Shown here piece by piece: positions 8,397-14,050 of a DNA stretch of 14,050 nt (position 1 is the stretch's first letter; every line of letters begins with the position of its first letter). This stretch comes from Pseudomonadota bacterium (GTDB lineage: Bacteria; Bdellovibrionota_B; Oligoflexia; Oligoflexales; CAIMVM01): assembly GCA_037142195.1 (NCBI GenBank), contig JBAXBA010000089.1, forward strand, positions 1-14,050, written 5' to 3'. Below the pieces are notes generated by a model that was given only the letters and a program-made list of their open reading frames with translations, did not search any database and had not been told where the DNA came from. A program made the translations under genes and the position numbers.

Positions 8397-9730
8397 GGCA
8401 AGCCATTAAAAGTGTCTTTATCAAACTGACTTTGGGGCCCAATAATGCCCACTTTCATATCTTTGAGATAAAGTTTGGCAAGGCGCATGATGTCTTTACT
8501 TTTGACAGTGTCAAGAATTTTAGGAAAATCGTAGGCAGGATTGGTAGAGTTGAAATAGTAAAACGAGTTGCTTAGAGCGGCTGCGACAGAACTATGAGTC
8601 TCCCCACGAGAAAAGAAGGCCGTAGCAAATCCTTTTTTGTATTCGTCTATTTGCAATTGAGGGATCGCTTGAGTCTGAATCTTTTTAATAATCGCTAAAA
8701 TTACCGGAACCACTTCCCTAGGTTTTGGGGTAGAGACCACCAAAGCACCATGGCCAATAGAAATTTGGCTCGTAAGGGCGTGGGCGGCATAAGAAAGACC
8801 TCGTTTCGTTCTAATTTCCGTGTGCATTTCTTCTGCGAGGATGTCAAAAAGAAGTTTCGCGGCTACCGCGTCTTTATCGATAGCGTTTGGCGTAGGAAAC
8901 TTAATGCGCATATAGGAAGTGGGAATGTCTCTATTTTCATAGGCAAGCTTTCCCAACTCTTGGTTGGCGGGATAGCCGACGGCAGCTCGGGTGTATCCTG
9001 GGCTCGCAGGAATAGTGCCGAATTGAGCCTCTAAGTCTTTTAATATCTTTTTAGAGTCCAAATGAGAGACCACCACAAGAGTGATCCGGCCTGCATCTAA
9101 AAGTTCTTTATGTGCTTTGGAAAGCTCTAGGGGACCGATAGCTGGAATTTCCTTAATTTGGTCAGACACAGGATTGGTATAGGGATGAGAAGATTCATAG
9201 TAAACACGATTCGCAATCTCATTTACATAGTCCTCTGGATCAGATTGCAATTTCTTAGCTTGAGCAATACTTCGGTCGGCAATGAGTTTAATATCGGTTG
9301 GATCTAATAGGGGTTCGCGCACGATGGATCCCAAAACGGAGAGGGTATTATCCCAATACATATCTACAGTTTCCATAGCGCATGAAGATACATCGATATT
9401 ACTGACACAACCAATATCTAATGCGTATTTTTCCTGAATCCGGTTCATTTCTTCCTTGGAAATGGATTTTGTTGCCCGGCTCATCACCGGAAGAAGAAGC
9501 TCAGGAATAGATTTTTTTCCAGGCTTGGCGTCTTTAAGCCCATAATCAAATTGAACGCTAATGAGCGCAATTTTTGAAGATGGTTCATTTCTGATGATCA
9601 CAGGGATTCCGTTAGACAAATACTGAACACTCGTGGCTTCTTTTTGCCTTAAGATAGTTTCCTCAGAAACTAAAGGCGCTGCGTTTGATATTGCGGAGTA
9701 AAGAATAAAAGGCGCTAAAATATATTTCAT
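8393..9730 (-). CDS. M16B family (pitrilysin/insulinase-like) peptidase, non-catalytic subunit, exported
   Basis: M16 fold hallmarks (LSNGIPVII, Y..HPY.NP, LF..IR..RGLSY). No HXXEH motif: the equivalent region reads SIPELLLPVM. It keeps the R/Y substrate-binding motif EIRTKRGLSY (8818-8789). ATG at 9730 preferred (AGGGAG 5 nt upstream, signal peptide MKYILAPFILYSAISNA); the alternative GTG at 9736 overlaps the upstream stop. Confidence 0.9.
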   Translation of the reverse strand: MKYILAPFILYSAISNAAPLVSEETILRQKEATSVQYLSNGIPVIIRNEPSSKIALISVQFDYGLKDAKPGKKSIPELLLPVMSRATKSISKEEMNRIQEKYALDIGCVSNIDVSSCAMETVDMYWDNTLSVLGSIVREPLLDPTDIKLIADRSIAQAKKLQSDPEDYVNEIANRVYYESSHPYTNPVSDQIKEIPAIGPLELSKAHKELLDAGRITLVVVSHLDSKKILKDLEAQFGTIPASPGYTRAAVGYPANQELGKLAYENRDIPTSYMRIKFPTPNAIDKDAVAAKLLFDILAEEMHTEIRTKRGLSYAAHALTSQISIGHGALVVSTPKPREVVPVILAIIKKIQTQAIPQLQIDEYKKGFATAFFSRGETHSSVAAALSNSFYYFNSTNPAYDFPKILDTVKSKDIMRLAKLYLKDMKVGIIGPQSQFDKDTFNGLP

Positions 9731-9732
9731 GA

Positions 9733-11208
9733 TCACTCCCTGTATGCTTTTAGCATTTTGTCTGCGAGCTCTGCCCCAGTGTCTTTTATTCCGAGTTTGG
9801 CCGCTTCTGCCTGATTGACTAGCCCGGTGGTTAAATGAGGTTTATTCAGCAACCATTTTTCAACGTAGTCTTTAATGTCCTTAAAAGACAACTTTTTTAG
9901 CTCGTCATTGTAAGAGTCATAGTAAGCAAAATTCGGCACAGCCCACCAGAAGGCCAGTTCCTTTATGTAAGCACTTGGAGTTGCTGTTTCCTTGATGCGA
10001 CTGATTTCAATTCCTGTTCTAACATCTTCAAATTGTTCTTTTGTAAAATAGGACTCGTTTGTCCATTTAGGAATTTCTGCAAGCAGCTGATCCTTGACCT
10101 TCAACATATTCTGGGGAGACGTCTCAGCACTGAGGTAAATCTCTCCTGCTTTTGCTTGGGTATGATAGGAACACTGGGCCCCGAAAGTGAGTCCGGATTC
10201 TACAAAGGTTTTGTAAAACTGATTTTGTCTATGGCTTAACAAACCGCTCAAAAAGTCAGCAGCGTAGGTGTCCTTAGGATTTTCTCGTACCAAAGGACCT
10301 GAAAAAGAGTGAGTAATCGTCGCATTTTCAAATGACTTATGGGTGGAAATGATCTCTCTTGACTCTGTCATGGGTGCAAAGCTTGGCCTTACTGGGGCCT
10401 TCCAGTCTTTAGGATTTTTCCAAGTTCCAAAATAGGTTTTGGCTAAGGCAAGAACCTTTTCTGTTTTAAAATCACCGGAGATCATTAAGGCGCCATTGGC
10501 GGGTACGAATACTTCATTTTTTATAGTTTCTAACTGCTTAACAGTAGCCGATAATATGATCTTCTTAGTGCCTAAGGGATCGCGCAAATAGGCAAGATCA
10601 CCATAGCGCATCAATCGCCTCAGGGTGTGTGATTCAAATCCTGGGTCAGAAGCGTTTCTTTCATATTCGTTGAGCACAACCACTCGTTCTTTCTCTAACT
10701 CTTTTTTATCTAGCTTTGCCGTGCGTATGGCATCAGCCATAAACTGCATCCCTTCTTCAAGATGCACCGAAGGAAGGGTAAAGTAGTACCTGACCATTTC
10801 CGATGAAGTATCTCCGTTGTAGGAAATGCCCAGTTGCCTCACACGTCGCACAAAGTCTTCCTGCTTAGGAAGTCTCACATTTCCTTTAAAGAACATGTGT
10901 TCCCACAAGTGCGTCAAGCCATTGGTTTCCGGGGTTTCCGACATGGCTCCAGCTTTAAAGACAAGTACAAATGTAACTAAAGGAACCTTACTGGAAGCAT
11001 AGGTAACAATTTCAAGCCCATTTTCAAGACGGCTGAGTCGATAATCTTTGGCTTCGACCGAACTAGGCTGGCCATTTTTTGGAGTACCAGAAGCTGATGG
11101 GGAGTGATCGTCCGCCCATACCGTGGAACTCGATGCTAAAAGAAAGGTCGATAAAGCAGAATATAAATAGGTACGAAGACAGTGCGGGTTTCCAAAATGT
11201 AATTTCAT
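9733..11208 (-). CDS. M16B family zinc peptidase, catalytic subunit, exported
   Basis: LENGLEIV, inverted zincin motif GLTHLWEHMFFKG (HLWEH at 10911-10897), NGDT, and downstream Glu in ERVVVLNE; also DPLGT and P.NGALMISGDF. Signal-peptide-like N-terminus (..FLLASSSTVWA-DD). AGGAAGGA RBS. Confidence 0.94.
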   Translation of the reverse strand: MKLHFGNPHCLRTYLYSALSTFLLASSSTVWADDHSPSASGTPKNGQPSSVEAKDYRLSRLENGLEIVTYASSKVPLVTFVLVFKAGAMSETPETNGLTHLWEHMFFKGNVRLPKQEDFVRRVRQLGISYNGDTSSEMVRYYFTLPSVHLEEGMQFMADAIRTAKLDKKELEKERVVVLNEYERNASDPGFESHTLRRLMRYGDLAYLRDPLGTKKIILSATVKQLETIKNEVFVPANGALMISGDFKTEKVLALAKTYFGTWKNPKDWKAPVRPSFAPMTESREIISTHKSFENATITHSFSGPLVRENPKDTYAADFLSGLLSHRQNQFYKTFVESGLTFGAQCSYHTQAKAGEIYLSAETSPQNMLKVKDQLLAEIPKWTNESYFTKEQFEDVRTGIEISRIKETATPSAYIKELAFWWAVPNFAYYDSYNDELKKLSFKDIKDYVEKWLLNKPHLTTGLVNQAEAAKLGIKDTGAELADKMLKAYRE

Positions 11209-11231
11209 ACTTCATCCTTCCTAGTGAAACG

Positions 11232-13241
11232 CTAGATCATGGCGTCAGCAACGATTTCAGCAATATCTTTAATTTGTACTTTATCTTGGGCACCGTTAGT
11301 TTTAACACCATCACTCATCATGGTTTTGCAAAAGGGGCATGCCGTTGCAATTGTAGTGGCACCCGTTGCCACTGCTTCGGTAGCTCGGTTTACGTTGATT
11401 CGTTCACCAATGTGCTCTTCCATCCACATTCTGCCTCCGCCCGCACCACAACAGAATCCATTTTCTTTGGTTCGCGGCATTTCCTTAAGCGGGCTTTTTA
11501 ATACACTTTCAAGGGCAACCCTTGGCTCATTATAGATTTTATTGTGACGCCCCAAATAACAGGAATCATGGAAAGTGGTATTTTTAGCTGCTTCCGGCAC
11601 ATCACCGGTCTTAACCTTGCCAGACTCAACTAAGTCAGCAATAAGCTCAGAATGGTGAATCACTTCAGCATTAAATCCAAAATCAGGATATTCATTTTTA
11701 ATAGTGTTAAAGCAGTGGGGACAGCCGGTTACAATTTTTTTAACGTTGTAGCGTTTCATGGTGTCTATGTTTTCAGATATTTGCATGTTGGCTAAATACT
11801 CATTGCCCACTCGCCTCGCGGTATCGCCATTGCACTTTTCTTCACGGCCAAGGATGGAAAACGTAGTGCCCGATTTATTTAGAATCTTTGCGATAGACTG
11901 GGTAGTCTTCTTGTAATTTTCATCAAATGAACCTGCGCATCCTACCCAAAATAAATAATCTACATCACTTTTTTCAGCCATGGTAGTAACTCCAAGACCT
12001 TTAGCCCAGTCCGCGCGATTTTCATTAGAAATTCCCCATGGGTTGGAATAGGTTTCTAAGTTTTGGAGCGTTAGCTGCAATTCGGGAGCGATTTCACCTT
12101 CGGTCATCGTCATATATCGCCTCATATCGACAATGGCGGGAATATGTTCAATATGTAAAGGACATGCTTCCATGCAGGCACCACATGTCGTGCAAGACCA
12201 AAGCTCGTCACGACTTACCACCCCAGAGATCAAAGCTCTTTTTTGAGCGGGGTCTTTAAGATGAATAGCCTCTTGCATGGCATCTTTTAAATGATGGATC
12301 ATGAGTCTAGGATCTAGGGGTTTCCCAGTTGCATTAGCAGGGCAGACATCTGTGCAGCGACCACACTCCACGCAAGTCATGCCATCAAGGAGCTGCTTCC
12401 AGGTAAATTGTTCCACTGCGCCTACACCAAAGGACTCGGCATCTTCTTTAATTTCAAAAGGCCTAAGTCGCCCGCTTCCCCGGTGGGATTTGAAGAGCAT
12501 ATTTGGCCAAACCCAAATCAAGTGCTGATGTTTTGAGAATGGAAGAAAGGTAACAAAGCCAAATAAGGCGCTAATATGAACAAACCAAAAACTATTCTTG
12601 GCCAATTGCCATCCCTCGGAAGACTCGATGCCGAAGAGCTGGCCAAAAATAGCAGCCATCGTGGAGGAGATTTGTAGTGCTGCTGCAGGAAGTTGATGTT
12701 CACCCTCTAGGAAAGTCTTGGAGCCCATCAGTAAGAGTTCCGTCACCATTAGGATCAATATGAGTCCCAACACGATAAATGCATCTTTTTTAGAAGCTTT
12801 AGCCAGTGATTTTAATCTCGCTGGCGGGAAAAAAAGTCTGCGGCTTATGGCAAAAGTAACCGCACACATGACCGCAAAATTGGCGAGATCTTGAGACACT
12901 AAAAAAGCATTGAGAAGAAGCCCTTCACCAAATAGATTCTTAAACTCTAAGCTTGGTAGAACTCCGGACAACAAGGTTTCCATGGTCCCAAGGCCAACGG
13001 TTACAAATCCCCAAAAAATGATAAAGTGCATAATGCCAGGTACGATGTCCTTAAACATCCGCCTTTGTAATAGGCCACCTGTAAGCATAAAACCGATGCG
13101 CGATAGAAAGTTATCAGATCTAACCTCTTCCTGTCCTTTGCCGATGGTGTGAAGTGCTGACCAAGTGACATTTAAGTTGTAGGCAAAGTAGCCAAATACG
13201 GAAACAGTGGCGATCAAAAACATAACATTTGCTATTCCCAT
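11232..13241 (-). CDS. Membrane-bound Fe-S oxidoreductase, FadF / heterodisulfide-reductase HdrD-GlpC-like (TM domain, two 4Fe-4S motifs, two CCG domains)
   Basis: N-terminal multi-TM region with His residues (MHFIIFWGF, FVHI, PFSKHQH). Ferredoxin motifs CVECGRCTDVCP and CTTCGACMEACP. CCG-domain motifs WVGC, EKCNGD, TGCPHC, HDSCYLGR, FCCGAGGG and TACPFC. GGAG RBS upstream. Confidence 0.93.
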   Translation of the reverse strand: MGIANVMFLIATVSVFGYFAYNLNVTWSALHTIGKGQEEVRSDNFLSRIGFMLTGGLLQRRMFKDIVPGIMHFIIFWGFVTVGLGTMETLLSGVLPSLEFKNLFGEGLLLNAFLVSQDLANFAVMCAVTFAISRRLFFPPARLKSLAKASKKDAFIVLGLILILMVTELLLMGSKTFLEGEHQLPAAALQISSTMAAIFGQLFGIESSEGWQLAKNSFWFVHISALFGFVTFLPFSKHQHLIWVWPNMLFKSHRGSGRLRPFEIKEDAESFGVGAVEQFTWKQLLDGMTCVECGRCTDVCPANATGKPLDPRLMIHHLKDAMQEAIHLKDPAQKRALISGVVSRDELWSCTTCGACMEACPLHIEHIPAIVDMRRYMTMTEGEIAPELQLTLQNLETYSNPWGISNENRADWAKGLGVTTMAEKSDVDYLFWVGCAGSFDENYKKTTQSIAKILNKSGTTFSILGREEKCNGDTARRVGNEYLANMQISENIDTMKRYNVKKIVTGCPHCFNTIKNEYPDFGFNAEVIHHSELIADLVESGKVKTGDVPEAAKNTTFHDSCYLGRHNKIYNEPRVALESVLKSPLKEMPRTKENGFCCGAGGGRMWMEEHIGERINVNRATEAVATGATTIATACPFCKTMMSDGVKTNGAQDKVQIKDIAEIVADAMI

Positions 13242-13279
13242 GGAATGGCTCCAAGTAAGTCAAGGTTTAACATCTTCTG

Positions 13280-13308
13280 ATCATAAACTAAATTGGCTAG
13301 GGAGTCGA
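13280..13308 (-). promoter_or_regulatory. Putative sigma70-type promoter for the Fe-S/M16/M16/lipoprotein operon
   Basis: Minus strand TCGACT (13308-13303), 17-nt spacer, TATGAT (13285-13280), about 40 nt upstream of the ATG at 13241. Confidence 0.45.
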
Positions 13309-13341
13309 TATTCAGAGGAAATTAAGAGAAAATTAAGAGCT
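13309..13341. repeat. Three tandem 11-bp imperfect direct repeats abutting the putative -35; candidate regulator binding site
   Basis: TATTCAGAGGA (13309-13319), AATTAAGAGAA (13320-13330), AATTAAGAGCT (13331-13341). Confidence 0.5.
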
Positions 13342-13415
13342 CATCATTTGGTGATGTGATGTTTTTTTTGAAACTTAAGACAGCTTAGTCTAGCGGTAAA
13401 GGCATTCCAAATAGC

Positions 13416-13778
13416 TCAATATTTAAGCTGCTCTCTCTTTTTATGAAGTCTTTCACTACGACGAGCGGTGATCAACATCATGCTCGTCTCATATTGGATT
13501 CTCTTGGTCAAACTTTGATGGAGCAAGTCCGAATATTCTTTAACAGAATCCATGTAGGCCTGATCCAGTAAGGCTTGTCTCGTGGACCGAGTTCGCGACT
13601 GATTTGAGGCATATCTTTTCTCAATGCCGACTAATTTTATATCCCAAAGTTCCTTGACGCGCTTTACCACCTGGCGAACGGTGCTGGCTTCCTGTCCCAA
13701 CTGGACGACTAGCGCTTTCAGTCTTTCATCACTCAGAGAGCGCCAATATTGAAATGACTCGAGGGGTGCTTGGTTCAC
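13416..13778 (-). CDS. Hypothetical small alpha-helical/coiled-coil protein
   Basis: 120-aa ORF with GTG start and AGAGGAG RBS upstream. Amphipathic helical, basic composition. Co-oriented with its neighbours and fills the gap between them. Confidence 0.72.
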   Translation of the reverse strand: MNQAPLESFQYWRSLSDERLKALVVQLGQEASTVRQVVKRVKELWDIKLVGIEKRYASNQSRTRSTRQALLDQAYMDSVKEYSDLLHQSLTKRIQYETSMMLITARRSERLHKKREQLKY

Positions 13779-13814
13779 TTTTGGCTCTCCTCTCTGACTT
13801 AGAATGAGTTCATT

Positions 13815-14006
13815 TCAGGCTTTTGGGTGGTCCATGAAATCTAGAGTTGGCCCCCGAAACCTCTGAGCCACAACGCGCAGCCTTAGAATTAATAATATCG
13901 CACAACAAGCAACCCCACAAGCAAGACCACCCCACACCCCGAGAGTTCCTACCTTAAAATAGAACCCAAGAAGCCATTCGAGGGGGATCGCCACCCCCAA
14001 TGGCAT
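13815..14006 (-). pseudogene. C-terminal fragment of a MATE (NorM/DinF-type) efflux transporter, probably a truncated remnant
   Basis: GVAIPLEWLLGFYFKVGTLGVWGGLACGVACCAILLILRLR matches the last two TM helices of MATE proteins (W.VG.PL...LGF....G..G.W.GL..G.....LL..R). The frame stays open to the window edge, but the preceding residues (ISAEKLNYEFYFIK) are not MATE-like. Confidence 0.55.
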
Positions 14007-14050
14007 CTTTATAAAGTAAAACTCATAATTTAATTTCTCGGCTGAAATAT

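Noticed and set aside
11079..11535. Antisense ORFs of 140 aa and 98 aa on the + strand
   Set aside because: They overlap two well-supported minus-strand genes and show no protein-family features; shadow ORFs.
11820..11843. CNG instead of CCG in the first CCG domain of the Fe-S protein
   Set aside because: Degeneracy of the first CCG motif is common in FadF-like proteins, so it is not unusual.

Overview
Bacterial chromosomal window with moderate GC. The lipoprotein- and protease-rich content suggests Bdellovibrionota/Oligoflexia-like deltaproteobacteria, but this is inference only. The + strand carries two large secreted proteases: an S8 subtilase (146-1603) and an M6/immune-inhibitor-A-type metalloprotease with an N-terminal coiled coil (2022-5216), followed by a long inverted repeat. 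The - strand, in transcription order, carries a C-terminal MATE transporter fragment (probably a decayed remnant), a small helical hypothetical protein, and a tightly coupled four-gene run: FadF/HdrD-like membrane Fe-S oxidoreductase, active M16B peptidase (HXXEH), inactive M16B partner (R/Y motif), and an uncharacterised CxxCH lipoprotein. A separately promoted putative outer-membrane beta-barrel protein follows. No rRNA, tRNA, CRISPR array, transposase or integrase was recognised. The best candidate for an undescribed system is the Fe-S oxidoreductase / exported M16 heterodimer / putative heme lipoprotein operon. Both + strand proteases also have non-canonical active-site motif residues.
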